Origin: Eledone cirrhosa
Taxonomy: Eukaryota
Direction of reading: 5' to 3'
Assembly: GCA_964016885.1 (NCBI GenBank)
Contig: OZ024761.1
Span: forward strand, 19,902,001 to 19,966,000
DNA: 64,000 nt
The notes under the pieces are model-generated. The model was not told the DNA's origin, made no database searches, and saw nothing but the letters and a program-made list of their open reading frames with translations. Position 1 is the stretch's first letter. Each line of letters starts with the position of its first letter. This document shows positions 40,968 through 53,419 of this stretch, piece by piece. The translations under genes were made by a program, and so were the position numbers.

Positions 40968-41166
40968 CGAGGGTCAGCTGAAAGGTTCATAGGCTAGCTA
41001 TAAAGGAGTGATGCTAGAGCTGTGAAATGTGCATGCATTAATTTCAAACTCTTTTTATTAATAATAACTGCATTGTTTCTTTCCAGGGACTATGTTGAAA
41101 AATAAACCTCATTTTCTCATTCTATGAGCATCTTGGTCAGCCTATGAACCTTCCGGCTGATCCTCA
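40968..41166. mobile_element. mariner-type MITE
   Basis: TA|CGAGGGTCAGCTGAAAGGTTCATAGGCT ... AGCCTATGAACCTTCCGGCTGATCCTCA|TA. Confidence 0.85.
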
Positions 41167-41673
41167 TACTTTTTGGAGGCACAAGACCAGCAATTTGAAG
41201 GAAAGGGGAAAGGGTATTACTAGTATTTTATTCTATTGACAACCGTAAGGATGAAAGGCAATGTTAACTTCTCAGCCGACCCTCGTATATATATACATAC
41301 ACACAGACATACGTCAAACCTTTTTTTGTTTGTTTTTTAAATCCCAGAAAGGGAGACAACAGCGTCTGGCTTCAATAACGTTTTTCAGACTACGACAAAG
41401 GGAGACAATCCCATATTGTCATTTTTCACAAAACCATCATATTTTTTCTTTTTTTTATTTCACAACAGAACGAAACATTTATTGTATAATATAATATAAT
41501 ATTGTATTTTATAATAATTATTGCGATGAGTTAATGAGATATCTTAATAAATAATTATTGTTGAAATAAGTCAATAATCTTAATAATAATTCTTTTTAAA
41601 TTATACTTTACATAGATTAGTGAAACAGGGTTAATAATAATAAAAATAATAAATATATGTATATATATAAAAT

Positions 41674-41787
41674 CCAAAGAAGCCTTCAATACATCAAAAG
41701 TCTTTATTAGCCAACAATGTTTCGTCCTTAATAGGACGAAACATTGTTGGTTAATAAAGACTTTTGATGTATTGAAGGCTTCTTTGG
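41674..41787. repeat. Near-perfect palindrome (~55-bp arms), probably Penelope-like pLTR derived
   Basis: Centre is gtttcgtcct-taat-aggacgaaac; the arm carries the hammerhead 3' half GAAACATTGTT and AATAAA. Confidence 0.85.
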
Positions 41788-41903
41788 TTTATTTTCATAA
41801 TTCTTCGGCTCTGTTTAATTACATTGAGCTATACCTTTACTGTCATTTCTATAATACGAAGAGGGTGTTTAACTCCAACACACTCTAGTATTTTAATTCT
41901 TGT

Positions 41904-41936
<33 letters not shown>

Positions 41937-42482
41937 TGTTGGCTGCCAACTCGTTTTCGAGTACGGCCACTACTTTATATCCATGTAGGAGAACCCCTAC
42001 CGATGCGCTGAACGAGTGACTTTTTAGTCCAGCCAGCGACTTGAAAACTCTGGTACAAACACTACACTTGTGACAATTATTGACACATAGTGCTGGGCCC
42101 ATGGTTCCATGTGACAAGTGCAGAGAGATCTCCAGATATAAAGCAATGCCTGTGCCGTGAAGCTTTTATAGTGAGCAAAGGCACTGCACAAAGCCAGTCC
42201 CACTCTCTTAACCAAGATGATATTTACCAAAAAGAAGAACAAGTCAACATCATTGGATACCATCAGGGTTGCAGGTGTTATATCAGAGTTTTCCTTCTCC
42301 TAGAATTCTGCCTTGACAAAGGCTAAGGTGTCATCTCTCCTGGTGATTTTGGATGGCCATTGACTCTTAAGAGTTCCTTTGCCCTTTGACAGGTTTTGTT
42401 TTTAGTCCTGCAGGATGTCCAGTCACCCTCATCACCAAGAAACCTTGGTGGGGTTGCCAGTTTAGTCGCCAACGACCGGATC
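41937..42482 (-). mobile_element. Bipartite non-autonomous RTE derivative, copy 1
   Basis: RTE 5'UTR-like motif CTAGGAGAAGGAAAACTCTG joined to a C2H2 remnant ([17 protein letters not shown]) and a 3' stem-loop. Confidence 0.8.
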
Positions 42483-42680
42483 ACATATATATATATATAT
42501 ACATACATACATACATATATATATATATAAATACATATATATATACATACATACATATATATATATATACATACATACATATATATATACATACATACAT
42601 ATATATATACATACATACATATATATATATATACATACATATATATATATATACATACATATATATATATACATACATAC

Positions 42681-42713
<33 letters not shown>

Positions 42714-42725
42714 CATACATACATA

Positions 42726-43180
42726 TGGTGGCTGCCAACTCGTTTTCGAGTACGGCCACTACTTTATATCCATGTAGGAGAACCCCTACCGAAGCGCTGA
42801 ACGAGTGTGACTTTTTAGTCCAGCCAGCGACTTGAAAACTCTGGTACAAACACTACACTTGTGACAATTATTGACACATAGTGCTGGGCCCATGGTACCA
42901 TGTGAGGACAAGTGCAGAGAGATCTCCAGATATAAAGCAATGCCTGTGCCGTGAAGCTTTTATAGTGAGCAAAGGCACTGCACAAAGCCAGTCCCACTCT
43001 CTTAACCAAGATGATATTTACCAAAAAGAAGAACAAGTCAACATCATTGGATACCATCAGGGTTGCAGGTGTTATATCAGAGTTTTCCTTCTCCTAGGAT
43101 TCTGCCTTGACAAAGGCTAAGGGGTCATCTCTCCCGGTGATTTTGGATGGCCATTGACTCTTAAGAGCTCCTTTGCCCTT
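42726..43180 (-). mobile_element. Bipartite non-autonomous RTE derivative, copy 2
   Basis: As copy 1, more 5' truncated. Confidence 0.8.
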
Positions 43181-43191
43181 TATATATATAT

Positions 43192-43224
<33 letters not shown>

Positions 43225-43346
43225 CATACATGTATGTATATATATATGTATGTATATATATATGTATGTATATATATATGTATGTAGAGTATATATATGT
43301 TGTGTGAGTTGTGTTGTTTTATTGGGTATTAATGAATCTTGTAGAG

Positions 43347-43644
43347 CAGGGGTGTGCAACATATTCCATTGGCGGGCCACTTCTGAACATTGGAACAACT
43401 ATTAGGGCCATTAATATTTATTAAGCACTATTCCAAAGATTCACCACAACTTCTTTCGATAACATGGAACTGGGAAATTATAACACACACAACCCTATCA
43501 GTGAAGCCCTTTAGTATAGGTCAACTAATAGAAAATTTTTACGGTTACGAAAAATATTCTAAATAAGCCTACACGATAAAAATTAAAAACGATCATCGCC
43601 GGACACTCTGACTGGTCTGGCGGGCCGCCTGTTGCATGTCCCTG
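43347..43644. mobile_element. hAT (Charlie-like) MITE
   Basis: TIRs CAGGGGTGTGCAACA / TGTTGCATGTCCCTG with a perfect 8-bp TSD, TTGTAGAG. Confidence 0.9.
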
Positions 43645-43789
43645 TTGTAGAGTATATATTGAGTGTTTTGTGTTATTGGGTATTAATGTATAGTATATGT
43701 TGTGTGGGGTGTGTGTTGTTTTATTATGTGAAGTATTATTATTGCTGGTTTAGTTTTGATATAAGAATTGTAATATGTACTAACAATGT

Positions 43790-44270
43790 CACACACTTAC
43801 ACCTCTCCAAGACAATGTCACTGGACCGAGATCTTTGGCGGTACTCAGTAATAGAGAAGACCCGCCTTGCCTAAATACAAAGTAAACTTACTACAGTCAG
43901 TAGGCATCTCTAACAAAATACACCCCGTCACACCACCCCCACCCCATCCACACCGCCCCTTTCAATGTAAAGTTATGTTGGTGCCACAACATCCAGGCCG
44001 AAACAAATGAGATCGTGTAGGTGTCACGACAAAAAAACACACAGTCCACGCTGTAATGTGGCCGTGTAGGTAACACGGTAAAAACCTCCCAGTCCCACAC
44101 TGTAAATGTGGTTGGTGTTAGGAAGGGCATCCAGCTGTAGAAAACCCGCCAGACAGTCCTATGCGAGCAAGACAACCACTCTTGCCTCAAGTGGGAAAAC
44201 TCCCGTCCAAACCCATGCAAGCGTGGAACATGGACGTTAAACGATGATGATGATGATGATGATGATGACA
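43790..44270 (+). mobile_element. RTE family C 3' end and UTR
   Basis: HLHLSKTMSLDRDLWR, (GAT)n tail. Confidence 0.85.
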
Positions 44271-44294
44271 TACATATATATATATATTTGCACT

Positions 44295-44762
44295 ATATAA
44301 CCGCTTATCTTCATGTTGTATTTTAACCTATATTTTTGATTTTTGATTGTACCTATTAATATAAATGTAATCTCGAAGTGTATACTGCCACTCTAAATTC
44401 TGTAATGAATGTTGACCCACAATGTTTGAATATGTATCAATGTTTGAATATGTATTGGTATGTCTCTCGGCTGAAAAGGAGGTCATATAACTGTCCATGC
44501 ATTAATAAATTGCTCCGAAGATCCAAACCTCGGTTTGGAGGAAACAGCTGTAAGCACAATAATGTTTTGAACAGTTCTTTGATTCTTATATTTCATATAA
44601 CTGCTCTGTAAATCATCTGATGTTTTTACATTGAGCTACTTAACTTACTGGTAATAAGGTAGTAATACAATACTGCCTACCACTATTTAGGGTGTGTGTA
44701 AAATACTTACAACTGCTTAAGGTTTTGTATTTACATAACCATAAATAGTATAACTAATACTA
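44295..44762 (+). mobile_element. Penelope-like pLTR remnant; inverted partial copy at 47281-47520
   Basis: Contains a hammerhead-like motif; 44560-44762 is the reverse complement of 47281-47481. Confidence 0.65.
44511..44556 (+). ncRNA. Minimal type I hammerhead-like motif with a core substitution (CCGAAGA)
   Basis: TGCT-CCGAAGA-TCCAAACC tc GGTTTGGA-G-GAAAC AGCT GTA-AGCA. Confidence 0.6.
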
Positions 44763-44895
44763 TATATATAAATACATATATATATACATACATATATATA
44801 TATAAATACATATATATATACATACATATATATATATATATACATACATACATATATATATACATACATACATATATATATACATACATATATAT

Positions 44896-44936
<41 letters not shown>

Positions 44937-44941
44937 CATAC

Positions 44942-44972
<31 letters not shown>

Positions 44973-45005
44973 CATACATACATATATATATATATACATA
45001 CATAC

Positions 45006-45036
<31 letters not shown>

Positions 45037-45189
45037 CATACATACATATATATATATATACATACATACATACATATATATATACATACATATATATATA
45101 TATACATACATATATACATACATATATATATACATACATATATATATACATACATACATATATATATATATACATACATACATATATAC

Positions 45190-45800
45190 ATGGTGGCTGC
45201 CAACTCGTTTTCGAGTACGGCCACTACTTTATATCCATGTAGGAGAACCCCTACCGATGCGCTGAATGAGTGTGACTTTTTAGTCCAGCCAGTGACTTGA
45301 AAACTCTGGTACAAACACTACACTTGTGACAATTATTGACACATAGTGCTGGGCCCATGTTACCTTGTGACGACAAGTGCAGAGAGGTCTCCAGATATAA
45401 AGCAATGCCTGTGCCGTGAAGCTTTTATAGTGAGTAAAGGCACTGCACAAAGCCAGTCCCACTCTCTTAACGAAGATGATATTTACCAAAAAGAAGAACA
45501 AGTCAACATCATTGGATACCATCAGGGTTGCAGGTGTTATATCAGAGTTTTCCTTCTCCTAGAATTCTGCCTTGACAAAGGCTAAGAGGTCGTCTCTCCC
45601 GGTGATTTTGGATGGCCATTGACTCTTAAGAGCTCCTTTGCCCTTTGACAGGTTTTGTTTTTAGTCCTGCAGGATGTCCAAAGTCACGCTCCTCACCAAG
45701 AAACCTTGGTGGGGTTGCCAGTTTAGTCACCAACGACCCGACAATGGGACAGGTTGTACTGGGATACATGTTACCAGTAGCACCAACTAGGTGACCTGAC
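45190..45800 (-). mobile_element. Bipartite non-autonomous RTE derivative, copy 3 (longest)
   Basis: Extends ~60 bp further 5' than the other copies. Confidence 0.8.
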
Positions 45801-45812
45801 ACACATATATAT

Positions 45813-45845
<33 letters not shown>

Positions 45846-46099
45846 TACATACATATATATATATATATAAATAAATATATATATATATATATAAATACAT
45901 ATATATATATACATACATATATATATATATATAAATACATATATATATACATACATATATATATACATACATATATATATACATACATACATATATATAT
46001 ACATACATACATATACATACATACATATATATATACATACATACATATACATACATACATATATATCCATACATACATATATATATATATATACATACA

Positions 46100-46133
<34 letters not shown>

Positions 46134-46239
46134 CATACATACATACATACATATATATACATACATACATATATATATATACATACATATATATATATAC
46201 ATACATATATATATACATACATACATATATACATACATA

Positions 46240-46279
<40 letters not shown>

Positions 46280-46284
46280 CATAC

Positions 46285-46315
<31 letters not shown>

Positions 46316-46333
46316 CATATATATACATACATA

Positions 46334-46413
<80 letters not shown>

Positions 46414-46417
46414 CATA

Positions 46418-46481
<64 letters not shown>

Positions 46482-46499
46482 CATACATATATATATATA

Positions 46500-47045
46500 T
46501 GGTGGCTGCCAACTCGTTTTCGAGTACGGCCACTACTTTATATCCATGTAGGAGAACCCCTACCGAAGCACTGAACGAGTGTGACTTTTTAGTCCAGCCA
46601 GCGACTTGAAAACTCTGGTACAAACACTACACTTGTGACAATTATTGACACATAGTGCATGGTACCATGTGAGGACAAGTGCAGAGAGATCTCCAGATAT
46701 AAAGCAATGCCTGTGCCGTGAAGCTTTTATAGTGAGCAAAGGCACTGCACAAAGCCAGTCCCACTCTCTTAACCAAGATGATATTTACCAAAAAGAAGAA
46801 CAAGTCAACATCATTGGATACCATCAGGGTTGCAGGTGTTATATCAGAGTTTTCCTTCTCCTAGAATTCTGCCTTGACAAAGGCTAAGGGGTCATCTCTC
46901 CCGGTGATTTTGGATGGCCATTGACTCTTAAGAGCTCCTTTGCCCTTTGACAGGTTTTGTTTTTAGTCCTGCAGGATGTCCAAAGTCACCCTCCTCACCA
47001 AGAAACCTTGGTGGGGTTGCCAGTTTAGTCGCCAACGACCCGACC

Positions 47046-47046
<1 letters not shown>
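46500..47046 (-). mobile_element. Bipartite non-autonomous RTE derivative, copy 4
   Basis: As copy 1. Confidence 0.8.
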
Positions 47047-47106
<60 letters not shown>

Positions 47107-47153
47107 CATACATATATATATATATACATATATATATACATATATATATATAC

Positions 47154-47282
<129 letters not shown>

Positions 47283-47515
47283 GTATTAGTTATACTATTT
47301 ATGGTTATGTAAACACAAAACCTTAAGCAGTTGTAAGTATTTTACACACACCCTAAATAGTGGTAGGCAGTAATGTATTACTACCTTATTACCAGTAAGT
47401 TAAGTAGCTCAATGTAAAAACATCAGATGATTTACAGAGCAGTTATATGAAATATAAGAATCAAAGAACTGTTCAAAACATAATGTTTTGAACAGTTCTT
47501 TGATTCTTATATTTC

Positions 47516-47578
<63 letters not shown>

Positions 47579-47595
47579 CATACATATATATATAC

Positions 47596-47632
<37 letters not shown>

Positions 47633-47683
47633 CATACATATATATATATACATACATATATATATACATACATATATATATAC

Positions 47684-47736
<53 letters not shown>

Positions 47737-47789
47737 CATACATATATATATATACATACATATATATATATATACATACATATATATAT

Positions 47790-47820
<31 letters not shown>

Positions 47821-47839
47821 CATACATACATATATATAT

Positions 47840-47870
<31 letters not shown>

Positions 47871-47934
47871 CATACATACATATATATATATACATACATA
47901 CATACATATATATATGTAAATACATACATATATA

Positions 47935-48000
<66 letters not shown>

Positions 48001-48005
48001 CATAC

Positions 48006-48038
<33 letters not shown>

Positions 48039-48116
48039 CATACATATATATATATATATACATACATATATATATATATACATACATACATATATATACA
48101 TACATACATACATACA

Positions 48117-48161
48117 TGATGATGGCTGCCCCCTCGTTATTGAGTATGGCCATTGCACGAG
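48117..48161 (-). mobile_element. Detached 3' terminus of the BovB-like RTE at 53420-55146
   Basis: atggccatactcaataacgagggggcagccatcat resembles the 3' stem-loop gtggccgtactcgaaaacgagttggcagccaccat of the related derivatives. Confidence 0.7.
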
Positions 48162-48450
48162 AAAAAAAAAAAAAAATAATAATAATAAAAAAAATAATAA
48201 TAATAATGTTTTCTTTATTAACCACAAGGGTTCACATAAAGTAGACATTAAGGACAGTACAGGACAATACAGGACGGTACAAATGGGCATTTCTGCGTGT
48301 AAAAAAACAGAGGTTGAAATAAAATAACAAAGAAAAATTCCCCAATAGGGGGGAGACTTCCAAGGGACATTTGTGGAGAAAGCCCATTAAAAGACCACAG
48401 TGGCCCTGACCACCAGGGCAAGTGCCCTCTCCCAGTTTTCCACCTTTAAT

Positions 48451-51255
48451 TTACAGACACATACTCAGAGAAGGCCCATTCATTCGGGCCATACTTGCTT
48501 CTCTCACCCATCTTTCAACAAAATGCTGGGAAGAGAGCACTTCCCTCTCTACCCTGATTTTCCTTTTCAAATGAAATTTGAAAAAGTTAATCAGGGCATC
48601 ACCGAAGAGGTAAGTGCTCGTCTTCAGCCCTTTCAAACGTGTCCACCATACTATCTCTTTCGCCATGGCCACCAGACAGATAAAAACTGCCTGCCCTTCC
48701 AGGCTAAAGGAAGGGGGCGGGGCAATCCTCACGATGGACTCAGCTGATAGCCGGATCCGTCCTACACGTGACAGCAGGTGTTCGACATAAACCCACAAGT
48801 CAGCAATGCTCGGACACTGGACGAGTGCGTGCAGGACGGTTTCGTCGCCTTGCGCGCATCTCGGACGTGCCCGGCTGACGGCACCTCCATGCCTGTAGAG
48901 TTTATCCCGAACTGGCAAAGCTCCTCGGTAGCACTGCCAGGCCAGGGATTTCTGGAAGTTGTCCATAGGCCCCGGCCCGAAAGTCCTTCCGAAGAGATTG
49001 GCTAGTTGATTTTCGTCGACGCCTAGAGTTTCTCCAAGTACGTCGTCCCTCTTCCCCTCCACTAATCCCCTATAGAACGCCAAGGTGGAGTTTCCACCGA
49101 TCACATTGCCCGATTGGTCGAGGGCTGTGAGCGCCTGAAGACATTCCAGTCTCCAAGCGCTCCCTCTCGGTCTTCGCTTGATCCAGGACTGCAGCTCCGT
49201 CAAGGAGACGAGCTGGGGAAAAACGTGTCTTGCAAACGGCGACCACACCTGATCACCGTCGAGGAAGAGGTGGAGATGTCGTAGCCTGAGCGCGTGTCTG
49301 CGCATCATCAGCCACGGCATGCCCAGCCCTCCACGTAGCGGGTGTTGACAGCAGATGGACCGCCTGACCATCGGAGCGCGTCCCTTCCACAAGAAGCGAA
49401 AGAGCAAACGCTCCAGCGCAGTCAGGCGGGGCTTAGGACAAGGTACGACGGTCAGGCGGTAGTAGATGACGGACGCGATGTACGCGTTAGCCACCTCTGC
49501 TCGACCTTTCAGGGATAGCTTCCTCTCGGCCCATTTCTGGGTGAGAGAAGCCACCCTGCTCGTCACCTCGTCCCAGTTTTTGTCCGTCTGGAGGTCTGGA
49601 CCGAACCAGACCCCTAGCAATTTAACCGGTCCGTCCGTCCAGCGCCCGACGACGCTGTTGGACGGCATGGACCTGCCTCTCCAGGTGCCGAGCTGCAGGC
49701 CCACTGACTTTTCCTGGTTGATCATTGCTCCTGTCACCGCTTCGTATTCTCTTAGTGTAGTGCCGATCGCCTCGATGTGTTTGGCGTTCGACACCACTAC
49801 GGTGACATCGTCGGCATATGCTGACACGGATCTTCCGCATCCTAGTTCGCGCGGGACCCCCCTCAACGTCTCCAGTTTGTGCAGTAATGGCTCGAGAGTC
49901 AATACGTACAATAGGGACGAGAGGGGACATCCTTGGCGGACCGAGCGCATGATGTTGAACGGTTCCGAAAGGTGACCGTTCACTCTCACTACAGAGCAGA
50001 TGTCGCTGTGCATGGCAGCGATCCAGCCTCTGAAGACAGGCCCAAAGCCAGCCGCCCTCAGGACTGCCGCTAGGTAACGATGGTCGACCCTATCAAAGGC
50101 TTTCGATTGATCTAAATTGATCAAAGACCCACCTTTGCCAGGTTCCCTAGCTACCCTCTCTACGATGTATCACATGAGGTGGAGGTTGTCGTGGATGGAT
50201 CTGTCGGGAATGGCGCATGTCTGTGCCTCTCCCACCAGACCACCAACGACAAGCGCCAACCTCTTTGCTAGCACCTTGGCCAAAATCTTGAACTCTGTGT
50301 TTAGCAGAGTTATGGGCCTAAAATTATCTATGTTATCCCCCTTGTTCGGATCCTTTCTCAGCAGCGCCACCTCTCCTCGGCTCACAGAGCTGGGAATTCT
50401 CCCGTTCTGTTGCCAGTTGCAGTAGACGTCCGCCAAGAGGCCTCCGAACAAGTTTGGCATTTGTACGTAAAGTTCATAGGGCAGACCATCCAAGCCAGGC
50501 GATTTACCCCTTGTGCAACTAGTCATTGCATCCCGTACTTCAGCGGTTGTTATCGGCTTTTCGCAACACTCCGCCTCAGTGGCCGAAAGCCGCGGCAGTC
50601 CGTCGAGGTAGACACTAAAGTCCATCCCTCGATCCGGCCCGCCACTGCCCCCGAACAGTTGAGCGAAGTGTCGCTGAAAAGCTTCACACATTTGCCCGGG
50701 ATCGAGTAGCATGCGCCCGTCGTTGTCCACCAAAGACCGGATCATGGCTTTGTTGCCACGACACGCCTCCGCCACTCGGGCCCATTGAACGGCTTTCGTC
50801 CCCTCGTGTCTGAGAGCACGCACCCTAGCTCTGACAACGCAGCCTTCGTGCTTTGCATTGAAGAATTGGTCAAGGGCCAATTTCGCCGCAAGTACGTCGG
50901 TCGCGATGCTTTTGCTAAGCGCCTCATCTAATTTTCTAACTAGTTCTCCCTCTGCTCTATTTTTCTCTATTGCTAAAGTCTTACTAAACCTAATGGACTC
51001 TATTCTAATTGCTCTTTTCAGAGCAAACCACCACTTGTTGTTGACGATGGCCCCCGTCAACGCCCGCTTAACTAGTTCGCTAATCCGGTCTCTGTAGGCC
51101 TTGCGCGCTGGTAAGGATGCGTTTAGCTTCCAGTAGCCGGGTCCTCGTCTATGAAGCCTATCTAAGTCAAGCACACAGATCACGAATTTGTGGTCCGTGT
51201 AGCTGACTATCTTGAATTGTGGACAGCCTATGCTAGACCTATCTATTTCCCTACA
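48451..51255 (-). pseudogene. Tx1/L1 ORF2 (endonuclease C-terminus, RT, zinc knuckle) with an in-frame stop at 50170-50172
   Basis: TDHK, GYWKLN, KSPGLDG, NFRPITLLN, DQSKAFD, QGCPLS, AYADD, ETVLHALVQC; the two ORFs are in frame across the TGA. Confidence 0.95.
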
Positions 51256-52456
51256 AAAGAGGAGGCTAGAGAACACTCCATGGCCCCATTAAAAAGTGAC
51301 GACCTCACACTCGTCCCAAGCTATTGTGGCCAGAGACTCGTAAAGATCAGGGTAACCCACGTTCCACCGGCCATCGAAATTCCCTGGCTAATAGCGGCTG
51401 TCATCGCCGGCATCGAAGCCAACACGAAAATAATAGCAGTAGCAAAAGAAAAGCAGGAAAACTGGTCCGGATCTGGGATGGAGCTCCTGATCCAAGCGGA
51501 CCAAAAAAGCATTGAGGAGATCCCAGAGGTAATAGACCTCACTGACGGCAGCCACCTCACGGTAATTGTCGAGGGCAGAAGACCTAGGTGTGTCGTTTGT
51601 GGTGAAGGAACCCACCTAAGGGCTTTCTGCCCTCAGGCTAAAAGGTTGAGGCCACCTCTCCTACCCACCCCAGTGACACAACCATCAACACCACCAGTAG
51701 CAGAGATGGCAGCAACAACTGTAGCAGCAACAACAGAAGCAACTATAACAGCAACAACCCCAGCAACAGTAGCAAAACCAACACCACTACCACCACCAGC
51801 AAAACCAACACCACCACCACCCAACGCTTCAGAACTAGCACCAGCGCCTACACCATCCACCACACCACAACCAAAACTAACGGCTGTGGAGGATTTTCCA
51901 CTCCCCGGCCTATCACAACTGGAGACAGATTGTGACGACGAGGAGTGGGAAACGATATCCGGAAAAAAAAAAAGAAACCAAAAAAGAAAAAATTCTCTTC
52001 CTTCCCCCTCCAAAAACAAAATACAGAGGGAAACAAATAAACTAAGAAACAAAAAAGTTAGGACAGATATGCCACCATCCACACCAGCATCACCAACCCC
52101 ATCAACCCAAACACCAACACCATCACCATCATTATCCCCAGCACCACCATCACCTACACCACAAAAGTCACCAAAATGCGAAACAGAAACAAACCCACAA
52201 CAAACGCAAACAAAACAAAACAACCAAAACGATACACACTACACAGCATTAAATTTGAACAACAAGCAATTATTACACTACATCCAACACAACACCAGCA
52301 TCACAGAAAAAGACTACACAACAACCCCAAAATTCACACCACCTCCACACATACAAATCACTCGCATCACACAGAAAACGTACATGACACTAAAACAAAA
52401 ATTCCCAAAAGACATCGGAGACTTCCGACAAGCACTCTCCAGGAGGATTTATAAGG
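51247..52456 (+). pseudogene. Inverted internal part of Tx1 ORF1
   Basis: EGRRPRCVVCGEGTHLRAFC (CCHC knuckle), P/T-rich linker, WETISGKKKR. Confidence 0.85.
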
Positions 52457-53419
52457 ACACATCCACGGTTCCATACTTTTGCCCACGTCTGATGTGGGTT
52501 TTTCTTGCCCACACATGTCCCAAAGCTTTTTGGATTTGGGACTCGGATGCCCGTTCCACTCGGCGCGATTTTACATTTATTGTTCTATACGACACGGTGC
52601 ACAGGCGCCGATGCTCCATTTTATTAGGTGGGGGGGTGAGGCTGACCCTGTACCCATCTTTCTTTACCATTTGTTTGGCATTTTCTAAATCTTCTTGAGT
52701 TACCGTGAACGCTTCGAATTGTTTTGCTACGATGGCGAAACTGAGGGTCAGTTTTATAATGTCATTGTTGTTGTTGTTGCTATCGTTATTTGTGTTAATC
52801 TTAATTTTTGTTTCAGTTGTGGTGGTGGTGACGTCATTCGTCTTTGGTGCGGAAGAGTCCATTTTGCTTGATTTCATTTCGACATCACGAGTTAATTTAT
52901 TTTTTTCTTCTTTTGTTTCTGTTGTCGCGGTAGTGGTGGGGGTGGTGGTTGTCGCGGTGGTGGTGGGGGCTTTAACACCTGCAGTGATTGGTAATGGCGG
53001 GAAATGAATGTCTGCCTGAGACAAATTTAAAATATTGCTACTGCTTATATTTTTTTTTGTGTTGGTAAACGTAGTAACATTTACAATGGTGGTGTCGGTG
53101 TGAGGTGTTATTTTGTGAGGAAGGCTTTCAGCTGCTTCGTGAAGAGGGGAATTAGCCATTTTTTTTCAAAGAAATTTTTGGATAATAATAAAAGTTAAAA
53201 TTTTGGGCACAAGGCCCCAATCTTTTTGGGTGTCCTTTTCGGAAAACAATGTATGTGTGCTTATAAACAGTTAACAATAAAATTTTCCATAAATGGCAAT
53301 TTTTAACAAACGGAAATAACAAACCTTTGCGGAGCTCACGATAATACGATTTCCTACGTAGGTCGCCAATAATAATAATAATAATAATAGCAATAATAAT
53401 AATAACGACAACAATAATA

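Larger units (their letters stand above)
48208..53367 (-). mobile_element. Tx1/L1-clade LINE, both ends present, internally inverted and deleted
   Basis: 5'UTR and ORF1 N-terminus (53159-52455, -), inverted ORF1 remainder (+), ORF2 (-), AATAAA near the 3' end; (AAT)n on both flanks. Confidence 0.9.
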
